DNA of 59,599 nucleotides from Pseudobdellovibrionaceae bacterium. Its GTDB lineage: Bacteria; Bdellovibrionota; Bdellovibrionia; Bdellovibrionales; UBA1609. Every line of letters begins with the position of its first letter. The stretch's first letter is position 1. A model generated the notes under the pieces. That model saw only the letters and a program-made list of their open reading frames with translations, was not told where the DNA came from and did not search any database. This document shows, piece by piece, positions 40,245 through 49,620 of the stretch. Both the position numbers and the translations under genes were made by a program. The stretch lies in contig JAYSTF010000130.1 in NCBI GenBank assembly GCA_043720065.1, forward strand, positions 1 to 59,599. The letters run 5' to 3'.

Positions 40245-40568
40245 CTAATCTTCTAGGGAACGCCGACGTCGTTGACCAGCGGAATTTACGAAGCCCGTGA
40301 TGCGTTTTTGCGCAGTTACGCGATTGAGTTTCCGATGCCCTGGTGCATGGGCTGCGTCCATTTCAATTTCAGCAGTCTTTTGTTTGGGCTGCGGGATAAA
40401 TTCTGAGTGAGCTTGAGGCTGCGCGACTACTTTTTTTGACTTAGATTTCTTAGCTTTTTGCTCGGCTTTAGGTGCTGACGAAACCTTTGCGCTCAACTTC
40501 GCTTTTCTTGATGTCTTGTTAGCGGCTTTCTTGTTGTCTTTCACTTTGCGTGCTTTTGTCGCTGCCAT
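40245..40568 (-). CDS. Lys/Ala-rich basic protein (histone H1-like composition)
   Basis: MAATKARKVKDNKKAANK...; AGGGAG RBS. Confidence 0.7.
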   Translation of the reverse strand: MAATKARKVKDNKKAANKTSRKAKLSAKVSSAPKAEQKAKKSKSKKVVAQPQAHSEFIPQPKQKTAEIEMDAAHAPGHRKLNRVTAQKRITGFVNSAGQRRRRSLED

Positions 40569-40648
40569 TTTTTCTCCCTTGAAATACGTTACTTGCCCTG
40601 ACCCTTGTCAGAGCAAGCTACATACCAGGCGAAATGAGGCATTTTGGG

Positions 40649-41176
40649 CTATTTCTGGCCCTGAATTCTTACGAAATTTACCACTTCGGTAAAGTGCCCA
40701 CCGCACTGTGATGTGGCCCTTTTCGCGTGAATGACTGAAATGCGATTGGCGTCAGTCAATCTAACTTTGGCCTTTATCCAGCGCGTGGGCTCATTCAACA
40801 GCGAGCGCGATCCTTTGGAGTCCGTCTCTTTGCCACGCAAAATTCTAAGGCTAAGTTCTAGTGCATTCGAGTCCTCGATGGCCTCCATCTTATACTCGCC
40901 GATCACGTCTTCTTGAAGCCCTCGTGTATAGTCAGTCTGAATCCTCAAAAGACCCGATGGAAAAAACGCCATAGATTGACGCTTAACCGATTTTACCTTC
41001 AGCTCAAAAGAATTATGTGCGTCTTCACAGGTAACGCTGACCCGACGAAATTCGCCGTTTAAGACAATCTTTTTAGCGTCCAACGCCTCAGTGGTTGTCC
41101 TAATAGAATTATCGCTCTCTGCATGCGCGAAAGAGTAAGGAAGGATAAGGGCCACAACTAAAGCTAGGTTTTTCAT
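40649..41176 (-). CDS. Secreted hypothetical protein
   Basis: MKNLALVVALILPYSFAHA signal peptide. Confidence 0.7.
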   Translation of the reverse strand: MKNLALVVALILPYSFAHAESDNSIRTTTEALDAKKIVLNGEFRRVSVTCEDAHNSFELKVKSVKRQSMAFFPSGLLRIQTDYTRGLQEDVIGEYKMEAIEDSNALELSLRILRGKETDSKGSRSLLNEPTRWIKAKVRLTDANRISVIHAKRATSQCGGHFTEVVNFVRIQGQK

Positions 41177-41493
41177 TTTACACTCCGGGGTTAAGATCGA
41201 CGGACGAATAGAGAGCAAGACCTATTCCGCCGGCTACAGCACTAGGCAAGTCACCGATACCCCGTTAATTGCTTCCCACGCAGGGACCTAGCTGATTTGA
41301 AATTAAGGTGACGAATTTGGCCTGGGCATCTGGCGAACTTTCGTACAAGGGGAATTGGGGCCAAGTCCATACCCATTTTTCCATTTCGATTGAAAGAATT
41401 GCTGATTTGTGGCTCACAGCTCCATCCAGTTGTCGACAGAGTATGGCCGTCAGAATGCATACAGACGGACGAAAATCAGAAGCAGGGATCATC

Positions 41494-42489
41494 ATGTTTA
41501 ATAATTTGAAGTTAATCTTTTGTCTTTGCATGATTGCATATCCAACTCTTGGACATGGTTCGGATCCCATTGAGGTAAAATATAATTCTTTAACCGGCGC
41601 AGTTCAGGTGTCGAATAGCGATGGCCCATTTAACTTCCAAATCCCAGCCAATTTATCTACGACCCTCTATGCGGATACTGTATTCACGATTGGCCCGTCT
41701 GGAGTGCTGGTAAAGGACAAAGACGCCATTGTTTTGCATGTAAACCATCATTTTTATTTAGTTGAGAGAGTAGGTAAGAGATCAGAGATAACTTCCGAAC
41801 AACCGCATCTCAACGGGTTAAAATTTAATCACAACTACACACATACATCTGCGCTTTATATCAGAAGTTTAAGTTACGTGATTTTCTTAACAAGCCACAC
41901 GGATCCTATAGGTTGGTGGTCTTCGCAAGCCGGATTTACGAATTCCACAGAAGACGATGAGAATTATTCCGACGAAGATGCGAAATTTCTTTCTGACGTA
42001 TATAGTAAAGAAATCGACCGAGCCTATAAAGAGCAGTGGCCATACCACCCCATCGCGCTATTTGAACAAGTCATTGCCAGCTTAAAGGTCGATCCAACTA
42101 TTTGGAAAAAAATAGTTCGGCCCGCCGCGAAGGACGATTCGTCCGTCTATAAAGTGTCAGAAAATGATTTAAACATAAGCATTGAAGCGATGGCAATCGT
42201 CCGACCTCGAATTAAAAATAAGGTCGAGCCCATCACAGTCATTGAGATAGAAAGTTCTATCTCCAACCCGCATCAGCTGCTAATAAAAACCACTTTTTCT
42301 AATAAGAAGGGCAGCAAAGTGTACCAGGGCTGGGCGGTAGATACCCGCGTTGGAGCAGCTAGTAGTATAAGCAAGCCTCTATCTAAGGATTTTCAGTTAA
42401 GCGCGCTTAATTATGTATTTGTTGGGAACCGACTCTTATCTCCTCGGGGCAAAATCGTGAACCTTAGTTGCGCTGAAGCTTTAAAGTAG
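41494..42489 (+). CDS. Secreted hypothetical protein (AT-richer)
   Basis: MFNNLKLIFCLCMIAYP signal-like start; C-terminal SCAEALK. Confidence 0.65.
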   Translation: MFNNLKLIFCLCMIAYPTLGHGSDPIEVKYNSLTGAVQVSNSDGPFNFQIPANLSTTLYADTVFTIGPSGVLVKDKDAIVLHVNHHFYLVERVGKRSEITSEQPHLNGLKFNHNYTHTSALYIRSLSYVIFLTSHTDPIGWWSSQAGFTNSTEDDENYSDEDAKFLSDVYSKEIDRAYKEQWPYHPIALFEQVIASLKVDPTIWKKIVRPAAKDDSSVYKVSENDLNISIEAMAIVRPRIKNKVEPITVIEIESSISNPHQLLIKTTFSNKKGSKVYQGWAVDTRVGAASSISKPLSKDFQLSALNYVFVGNRLLSPRGKIVNLSCAEALK

Positions 42490-42508
42490 GCCTACTAATG
42501 TGGGCCAG

Positions 42509-43567
42509 TTATTGAAGCTTCAGGGGCTTAGATAGTTTCAGTGCTCTCAATCCATAAGGAATGCTGCGTATTTCGACCGTATCCGCGGCCAAATTCCATT
42601 TCACTAATTTAGCCGTCTGGTCAGCCGGATTTGAGAAAACCGCAAACATCGTCTGAGCGGCAGGGTCAACCGTACACGTCCCTAATTGATGACCCGCGAG
42701 CCCTAAAACTTTCGAATTGGCCACAATTACGGTTTCAACGTAGTTGGGCATTCGATAAAGTTTGAGATTATCGCCGTCTGCGAAACACGCCAACAAATCG
42801 AGAGTGACTGGAACCTGACCTAAGAGTTGAAGTGGCTGGGCAAGAATTCGGGTGGATATGTTTGATCGCGATGTCAGCAGGATCGAACCATCTGGGCGAT
42901 AGTAATTATACGCAACCAATGGTCCATAGCTATTTGAACCGGCCCGTACAACGGAAATCATAGAACTGACTTGATGATCATTCGTGTAATCAAAATGTAT
43001 ATAGAATGGTAACGTCATGTTATGGCTCGAGCCGTCGGCATTTTGGTAGTAGGCGCCGTTACTCATAAATACAAAAGAATTATTTAAAGGGTAAGTTCCC
43101 CAGTGCAGCCATGGGACACCGGACTCGAGCGGCAAATAGTACTGCGAACCGTTGTTTCTGAGGGTCATCGCTTCCGTCTGCCCCCGCAACCAGAAAGTAA
43201 ACCACAAGCGAATCTTCGTCGTATCACGAAGAACCATTAAAAAATGAGGAATGCCGGTCTCGGCTTCATACCAAGGATGCCCAAAGAGTTTGGCCTTCCA
43301 AAGGTCCGTTGAATCGTCGAAGACGACCTCGGGATCTTTATCCAAGTGGAGTTCAAACATTGTATTCGAGGTGCCATTTGCGTTTGGCGCGATTCCGTAT
43401 AACCGGAACTGGGGTGGAGTAGGATTATTGGCTCCCCCATTGGACCCTTCGGCGCCTGCCCCCGATGACCCACTGCCAGATGAGCAATTGTTAAAGCTAA
43501 GGAGTAGTAACGGTATTGCAAACAAGCACACGATTGCGGACCTAGCCCGCGGGCGAATTCCAGCCAT
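42509..43567 (-). CDS. Lipoprotein with FNNC-type lipobox
   Basis: LLLSFNNC followed by a Ser/Gly linker. Confidence 0.7.
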   Translation of the reverse strand: MAGIRPRARSAIVCLFAIPLLLLSFNNCSSGSGSSGAGAEGSNGGANNPTPPQFRLYGIAPNANGTSNTMFELHLDKDPEVVFDDSTDLWKAKLFGHPWYEAETGIPHFLMVLRDTTKIRLWFTFWLRGQTEAMTLRNNGSQYYLPLESGVPWLHWGTYPLNNSFVFMSNGAYYQNADGSSHNMTLPFYIHFDYTNDHQVSSMISVVRAGSNSYGPLVAYNYYRPDGSILLTSRSNISTRILAQPLQLLGQVPVTLDLLACFADGDNLKLYRMPNYVETVIVANSKVLGLAGHQLGTCTVDPAAQTMFAVFSNPADQTAKLVKWNLAADTVEIRSIPYGLRALKLSKPLKLQ

Positions 43568-43768
43568 TTTTCCCCCAAATGCCATTAGCTTAATTATCGG
43601 TAAAGACTGCCGCCAACACAATCCTTACGTCCCGCCGTCTCAAAATGATCAAGTTCTGTGAGGAAATGTAGAACTGTTGATCAACGGCCGCGGTTTGAAA
43701 AATGGTAAACTGCTCCACAGACTTTGCAACGGCATGTGGCCTTCACTAACCTCTTCCCCGGAGGCACC

Positions 43769-44149
43769 ATGAAAACTGTTATTCTTTTCCTGTCATTTTT
43801 TGCTCTTTCACCCGCAGCATTTGCCAGCAAGTCACTTAAACTTAACTGTGCAATGACCTCGGAGCTCGGCACCATTGCCACCGATGTTAGATTGAACGCC
43901 GGTATGGTCGATCAATTAGATTGTCCCGGGTTTATTTGCGATGGCGGCAATTTCGCCGTCACCATGAACTACAACAGCGCCTATCAAGATGTCTCGGTTA
44001 CCATCGTAAAGAGAAGCACGGGTGAAATCTCTGCGACTACTCACCGTGGTGTGAAGGTAGGTTCTTCAGTGGAGCTTACAAGTGCTAATCAAAATACTGG
44101 TAAGTATTTGCGCATCGATTGTGAAGTAGCGGGTGTCCTGAAAAAATAA
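43769..44149 (+). CDS. Secreted hypothetical protein
   Basis: GGAGG RBS, signal peptide ending AFA. Confidence 0.7.
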   Translation: MKTVILFLSFFALSPAAFASKSLKLNCAMTSELGTIATDVRLNAGMVDQLDCPGFICDGGNFAVTMNYNSAYQDVSVTIVKRSTGEISATTHRGVKVGSSVELTSANQNTGKYLRIDCEVAGVLKK

Positions 44150-44204
44150 TTCGGTGCATTTTAAAAATAGGCCCACCAATGTGGGCCCGTTTTAAAACTC
44201 GAAA

Positions 44205-44465
44205 TTAAAACAAGCCGCCTCCTGAAGTCCAAACACAAGCGTAGCCCATGATTCTTCCTTCGGAATCGACATACTTAACGACCTTTTCGCCAGGAACAAC
44301 GCCGCAGCCTGAAAGTCCACGGTCGGCATTAAGGCTCAGGATGGACTTAGCTGTCTGGGCACACTGATTTGTATCGTTACAAATTACTGTTACATCGGCC
44401 TCTTGCGCTGTTGCAGATGTTCCAACAAACAACATTGCAATTACTGATATAAAAAGTGACTTCAT
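44205..44465 (-). CDS. Small secreted protein (4 Cys)
   Basis: Signal peptide ending ATA, GGGGAG RBS. Confidence 0.65.
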   Translation of the reverse strand: MKSLFISVIAMLFVGTSATAQEADVTVICNDTNQCAQTAKSILSLNADRGLSGCGVVPGEKVVKYVDSEGRIMGYACVWTSGGGLF

Positions 44466-44667
44466 ATAGAGAATCTCCCCGTCATTAATGACCCCGTTTT
44501 AGATTTGGTACTTTAAGCTTGATCAACTGCTATCACAGACTCTGCCCGAAGAATTGCGCTGTTATTCTATATGTAAAATTGTCTTTCCAGATAACGACCG
44601 AAGATGAAGGTCGACTTTTGTTTTAAGCCTTCGTAAACCTGTTTCTATTAATTGAGAAAGGGATCCT

Positions 44668-44970
44668 ATGAAAATAGTTTTTGCTCTAATGCTTCTATCT
44701 ACCGCCGCGCGGGCGCAAGGGTCGGACGTCTTTGCACCTTGTGCGAGCGCACCCAATTTATCCATACAGCTGACATGTAAAAATGAAGTCGTCGACGAGC
44801 TTATCGAGAAGCATTTGGGTAAAGCCAAACTTGCGAAGGCAACCTCCGGCGCTAAGGCAAGTTGCGCGTCAGTCCACGCAGGTGTGAAACTCGACCCAGA
44901 GCTGCGCCGGCTAGCCAGCTTACAATGCAAGCTTCAGTACAAAATCGAGTTTTACAATAATCACCCTTGA
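44668..44970 (+). CDS. Small secreted protein (4 Cys); 3' end duplicated at 48394
   Basis: Signal peptide ending ARA. Confidence 0.65.
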   Translation: MKIVFALMLLSTAARAQGSDVFAPCASAPNLSIQLTCKNEVVDELIEKHLGKAKLAKATSGAKASCASVHAGVKLDPELRRLASLQCKLQYKIEFYNNHP

Positions 44971-44988
44971 ATCTTGGGCCTCGTGCGT
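44928..44988 (+). repeat. 61-bp direct repeat, copy 1
   Basis: 58/61 identical to 48394-48454. Confidence 0.9.
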
Positions 44989-45011
44989 GAGCACAAAGGC
45001 CATCCGGCAAC

Positions 45012-45560
45012 TTAGTACCGAAAGCTCAGTTCGCAGTACAACTTCTTATGTCTAGTTGACCGGCAAGTAATATAAGAGCCAGCGAAGGTGTCGCTCTCTA
45101 AAATCGCAAGCTGATCTCCTTCAAGAACTACGGTTCCATTCTGATTGGCGATGCTTAAAACCGACTTTGAGGTGCTCTTGGAGAGAACATTGTACAGGTT
45201 CTCGGCCGGCGGGCCTTCAAGATCCACTGCCACGCCGTGCGGACCAGCTTGAATTTTATAGTGCGGAGTCGGAACTAAATTTAATTTTAGATCCAATAAA
45301 ACAACATTATCTGTGCCAGAATGAAAGTTGATGTCTTTACCGGTCAACAGCCCGTTGCTGTTTTTTACTGGAACCATTTCAGAAGATTTTGTCATGGCAT
45401 CGATCACTTTTGTCGCGAGGGCCGATGGCTTAACGAGGGTAAATGAAAGTGCTAGGATGCCCTCACCATAAGTTTCAACTTCAATGCCGTGAACGGTAGC
45501 AGCGTTGGCATTTGGAGCTAGAACCGCTGATAGAACTAGTCCTAAAACCGCGAATTTCAT
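45012..45560 (-). CDS. Secreted hypothetical protein
   Basis: Signal peptide ending ANA, GAGGT RBS. Confidence 0.7.
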   Translation of the reverse strand: MKFAVLGLVLSAVLAPNANAATVHGIEVETYGEGILALSFTLVKPSALATKVIDAMTKSSEMVPVKNSNGLLTGKDINFHSGTDNVVLLDLKLNLVPTPHYKIQAGPHGVAVDLEGPPAENLYNVLSKSTSKSVLSIANQNGTVVLEGDQLAILESDTFAGSYITCRSTRHKKLYCELSFRY

Positions 45561-45681
45561 CGTTACCTCTACTTTGCTAGAAAACGGGTTTGGCGATACA
45601 CGCGGAGACTTGCATTCGGTCGCGCGCTGGTCAACGGACGATATTAACTTTCCCTTGTTTACCTAGAACGTTGGGTTTGGA

Positions 45682-46239
45682 TTGTCGTGCAAACTTTGCA
45701 ACGTCGACAAACTTCAAAGACTAGCTGCCGTAACTTGCTTGGCGATTTCTAGCGGTGCGGCGCACGCCGGACCAAAAGCGTACTTCGTAGAACCGATGAT
45801 CTGCAAGGGTCAAGTTAACCAGCGTCCTCCTGGATGGGCAAAGTCATACGACAAAGCCGGAGTCAAAATCACTTCATTCAAGTCCATGCGCAAGGACTGT
45901 ACGCTCGCGAACTCATCTGCAACTCATTCCCAATACTTTGAGATCCAACAAGAAATCGTGGTCGATTCGGCTCCCGAAGTTTCCGGTTGGTACGGTAGCC
46001 CACCGATGAAGCAGGGAAACAAGGTCGTTATCCCGAATGGTGCATGGCCGAGCGAAGTCGAACTCACGATCACCAAAACAAAAGTTTCAGGTGGCGTTCG
46101 CTATGACACCCTCAAAGGGCGTGAACTGATTTTCAGAAAAGACGGCAAAGCGTATTACTACGATCTCGTCTGCCAAGCGAAGGTCGTTGACCAGGCATCG
46201 ACCATCGTGAACTACACGCGCGACTGTCCAAATCCATAA
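45682..46239 (+). CDS. Secreted hypothetical protein; start uncertain
   Basis: Signal peptide ending AHA; paired Cys. Confidence 0.6.
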   Translation: MSCKLCNVDKLQRLAAVTCLAISSGAAHAGPKAYFVEPMICKGQVNQRPPGWAKSYDKAGVKITSFKSMRKDCTLANSSATHSQYFEIQQEIVVDSAPEVSGWYGSPPMKQGNKVVIPNGAWPSEVELTITKTKVSGGVRYDTLKGRELIFRKDGKAYYYDLVCQAKVVDQASTIVNYTRDCPNP

Positions 46240-46481
46240 TAAATTTAAAATGAAGTGATTTAGTGAAAATCCATTACCCCAGCAATCGAAAGTTGCGCTC
46301 TGTTTAAAACAGAATTAAGCCCTCCGCCACAGTTCTGAAACAACGTCATTACTGCAGATAGAGTCAGCACTAAAAGCGATAGAATAACAAGGCCCCCCAG
46401 ATGTCCAATTTTAGCTTTGCGCCTACTTTTTCTACCGCTCAAAATGGGGCAGGTGAGCGACGGCTTTTGATTCCTTAGAAT

Positions 46482-46809
46482 CACCCGCGACGTCGCCAAT
46501 ACATGTCGGTTAAGGATTTATGATAATTCTATGGGCCCACCAGTTCCGTATGCTCTGGATTGCCGGAACAGGACCATCGATCATATGCGTCGCACTTAAA
46601 TAGCGTTTCGCTGGACCGAAACGAGATTGAATTTTACGCAAGAGATTAAAAACCCGCGGAGTACGACTACAGGAGGCTACAACTGACGCATATGATCGAT
46701 GGTCCTGTTCCGGCAATTGAAGGTGGAACGGCTTGGCGGACCTTCAACGGCTTAAGTATTTTTCAGTCACAAACTCCTTAACCGACATGTATTGGCGACG
46801 TCGCGGGTG
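46482..46809. mobile_element. 328-bp non-coding nested inverted-repeat element (MITE/REPIN-like), copy A
   Basis: Perfect 35-bp terminal IR (46482-46516/46775-46809) and perfect 33-bp inner IR (46559-46591/46685-46717); related to 49257-49584. Confidence 0.85.
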
Positions 46810-47251
46810 CAGTCCGATCTCCGGACAAGGTCGACTTCAGTATTAAGTAAAATCTAAATCACAAAGACCTAAGAATTGCAGAAGCCTTCTTGGCCGAAGC
46901 CCCTCGCCTGTGGGTGAACCCTACAAACGAGAGGAGAAAGATATGATTCATTCAAGTTATGATGATTATCGGAATGCCTGGGACTTTTATAAAGGACTTG
47001 TCGCTTTGAACCTAATTTTGTTCAAGCTACTCCTTATTTGGGTCCAGCTTTGACGTCAACACGGGAAAAGTAAAAACCGCTTTTCCATTTGATTCTCGCA
47101 CTGATTTTATTAGGCTCGCCCCTCCTTCGTTACCTCTAGCACAGACGACGCCATCTGCTGGCAGCGTCATCTGTGAGGGTCTGCTGAAAGGGCCTTTTGA
47201 GCATTAGGAAGTGTTCATGGATCCGGCTGGGTAGAGGGTCTAAATGAGCCC

Positions 47252-47293
47252 CTTGCCCGCCACCTTGACAGTGGCGGGCAAGTGGCGGACAAT
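47252..47293 (+). promoter_or_regulatory. Fic promoter: 12-bp IR operator enclosing TTGACA, 17-bp spacer, GACAAT
   Basis: CTTGCCCGCCAC-CTTGACA-GTGGCGGGCAAG; ATG 5 nt after the -10, no RBS. Confidence 0.7.
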
Positions 47294-47298
47294 GGGTC

Positions 47299-48354
47299 AT
47301 GGATTCAAGATACCCCCACCTCAGCCGCCTGAAAATACCCCATGAGGTTGTTCATACGGACACCCTGGTGAAATCGCTTATGCGCATTGCTGAAACCAAG
47401 CCCTTTTTGGATGAGTACCTGGGCACCCCGCAAGAAATAAAACTCCTGCGCAAAGCCAAGGTACGGGCCATCACCTACTCCAATCAGATTGAAGGCAATA
47501 ACCTTGGCGAAAGTGAAGTGACGGCCGTCCTTCAGGGCAAGCGCGTGGCTGGTTCTAAAAAGGACGTTAAAGAAGTACAGAACTATCACGAGGCCCTCGA
47601 TTACGTGGAGCGCCTGATAGAAGATTCTAGGCCACTTAAAGTTGCTGATATGTGCGACCTACAAAAGCTGGTGACTCAGGGGCTGATCGAAGAAAGACAG
47701 TGCGGGCGTGTTCGCACAATACCAGTCAGTATCGTCAATGCTGCCACCGGCGAGAAAATTGACGAATGCCCGCAACCTCATGAACTTACGGACTTGCTCG
47801 ATGATCTCTGGCGCTGGCTCGATGACACTAAAGATATGAGTCCTTTTGCCAGAGCCTTTGCTTTTCATTTTATCGCGGTATCCATACACCCCTTTGCCGA
47901 TGGTAATGGCCGCACGGTGCGCCTCATGCAGCACCTGCTGCTCTTGCTAGGCGGCCAGCGTCTTGCGAGGTTCGTACCTAGTGAGACCGCCATCATGCGT
48001 GGCCGTGACCGCTACTATTCGGCCATTCGCCAAAGCCGGTCCCTGGAATCACTGCATCCCATTTTAGAATTTCTGGCGGAATGCTTTGCGGTATCCGCAG
48101 AAGAAGTTGTCGAAGACGGCCGCAAGCTTTTGCGTGAAAGCGCCGGCAAAACTCCAGAGGCTAGGCATCGCAAGATTTTGGCACACGCTAAAAAGCAGGA
48201 TGAGTTTTCCATACAGAATGTGGTCGAATGGATGCCCGATGTCCCTCGCCGCACAGTGGAGCGAGACGTGGCGACCCTGGTTAAAAAGCGCGCACTCAAA
48301 ACCAAAGGCGAATCGAAAGCCAGAATTTACAGCCTGGCGAAATGGCAGAAATAA
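47299..48354 (+). CDS. Fic-family protein with C-terminal HTH
   Basis: HPFADGNGRTVR; SNQIEG inhibitory motif; VPRRTVERDVATLV. Confidence 0.93.
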   Translation: MDSRYPHLSRLKIPHEVVHTDTLVKSLMRIAETKPFLDEYLGTPQEIKLLRKAKVRAITYSNQIEGNNLGESEVTAVLQGKRVAGSKKDVKEVQNYHEALDYVERLIEDSRPLKVADMCDLQKLVTQGLIEERQCGRVRTIPVSIVNAATGEKIDECPQPHELTDLLDDLWRWLDDTKDMSPFARAFAFHFIAVSIHPFADGNGRTVRLMQHLLLLLGGQRLARFVPSETAIMRGRDRYYSAIRQSRSLESLHPILEFLAECFAVSAEEVVEDGRKLLRESAGKTPEARHRKILAHAKKQDEFSIQNVVEWMPDVPRRTVERDVATLVKKRALKTKGESKARIYSLAKWQK

Positions 48355-48393
48355 TTTTTAGACCTGGAAAAACGAACCACCCAGCCCATAACA

Positions 48394-48454
48394 CAAGTTT
48401 CAGTACAAAATCGAGTTTTTCAATAATCACCCTTGAATCTTAGGCCTCGTGCGT
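48394..48454 (+). repeat. 61-bp direct repeat, copy 2
   Basis: Orphan copy of the 3' end and trailer of 44668-44970. Confidence 0.9.
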
Positions 48455-48482
48455 AGGCATCTGACAAGTCCTCGAGTCGCAG

Positions 48483-48977
48483 CTACTTTAATTTAGCAGT
48501 TTCAGCACCACAGTAGGGGGAAACTTTCGGGGTTAACTTAACATCATTTCTGTCAGCGGGAAGAAAACGTCGGTATCCATACTTGCCGTCGAGCTGCAAC
48601 TCGTTGGGAGTCAGCTTTGTGATCTTGAACTTAATCGTCTCTTGGCCCAAGGGCATATAATCCCCGTCTCTTAGTTTCGGAAGCTGAAACTCTATTTGAT
48701 CGTTGGCCGCAGAAAATCCTGTCATTCCGTTGGATGATTTATCCGCCATGCAATAATCAAATTGATTTAAGTCATTTAGATTGAAGCTCAATTTCATCAC
48801 GCCCGGGATGCGAGGAACATCACTCGCCTTTTCAAAGGAATTTTCTAATTGCCAATAACCATACAACTTCTGCTCTAACGTAGGAGGAGACGGCGCAGTG
48901 TCCTTTTTGTCTCTCTTCGCACAGCCAATAAACAGAACACAAAACGTCACTAACCCTGTAAAAAATAGTCTAGTCAT
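48483..48977 (-). CDS. Lipoprotein, lipocalin-like start
   Basis: Lipobox FIGC; KLYGYWQL. Confidence 0.7.
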   Translation of the reverse strand: MTRLFFTGLVTFCVLFIGCAKRDKKDTAPSPPTLEQKLYGYWQLENSFEKASDVPRIPGVMKLSFNLNDLNQFDYCMADKSSNGMTGFSAANDQIEFQLPKLRDGDYMPLGQETIKFKITKLTPNELQLDGKYGYRRFLPADRNDVKLTPKVSPYCGAETAKLK

Positions 48978-49256
48978 TGCATCTCCTTCGAGTAATCAGC
49001 ACTTTGGGCTAAGGGAGCAAAACCCAAGGCCATATCCAGCATCCGTCCAGCCACCCAGAATTTCAAGCGGCAACGGAGCATGGGAATTTAACTAGGTTCC
49101 TGGTACACCTCAAATGACGAGTGTCCCCGAATTGGAATTCCACCACCCAAACCACATCCATTGATTCTTGGATCAATCATACCTGTGCCCTTGTGTGAGA
49201 TTCCAAAACGGGAACACTACTTTTTTGAAGGCGCTAGGGAAATGACGACCGCTAAT

Positions 49257-49584
49257 CACCCGCGACGTCGCCAATACATGTCGGTTAAGGAGTTTGTGAC
49301 TGAAAACTACTTAAGCCGCTGAAGGTTCGCCAAACCGTCCCGCCCTCAATTGCCGGAACAGGACCATCGATTATATGGCGTCAGTCATGGCCTCTTTAAG
49401 TCGTTCTCCGCGGGTTGCCAATTGTCCTGCCTAAAATTCAATCTCGTTTAGATCCAGCGAATCGCTATTTAAGTGCGACGCACATGATCGATGGTCCTGT
49501 TCCGGCAATTGAGGGCACACGAAACTGGTGGGCCCATAGAATTGTCCTAAGTCCTTTAACCGACATCTATTGGCGACGTCGCGG
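49257..49584. mobile_element. Nested inverted-repeat element, copy B (inverted relative to copy A)
   Basis: CACCCGCGACGTCGCCAATACATGTCGGTTAAGGA ... TTAACCGACATCTATTGGCGACGTCGCGG; inner IR ATTGCCGGAACAGGACCATCGA. Confidence 0.85.
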
Positions 49585-49620
49585 TGGTCCGCCTGAAGGA
49601 CACCCGTTTAAAAAATGAAT

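Noticed and set aside
46510..46716. Short ORFs inside the nested-IR elements (also 49415-49618)
   Set aside because: Their similarity simply follows the DNA repeat; starts and ends differ, so probably non-coding.
46810..47075. Possible frameshifted gene remnant after element A (similar debris at 49090-49250 and 46260-46480)
   Set aside because: No recognisable family; too short to call.
49017..49032. Sigma54 site upstream of 48977
   Set aside because: GG-to-GC spacing is 11, not the required 10.
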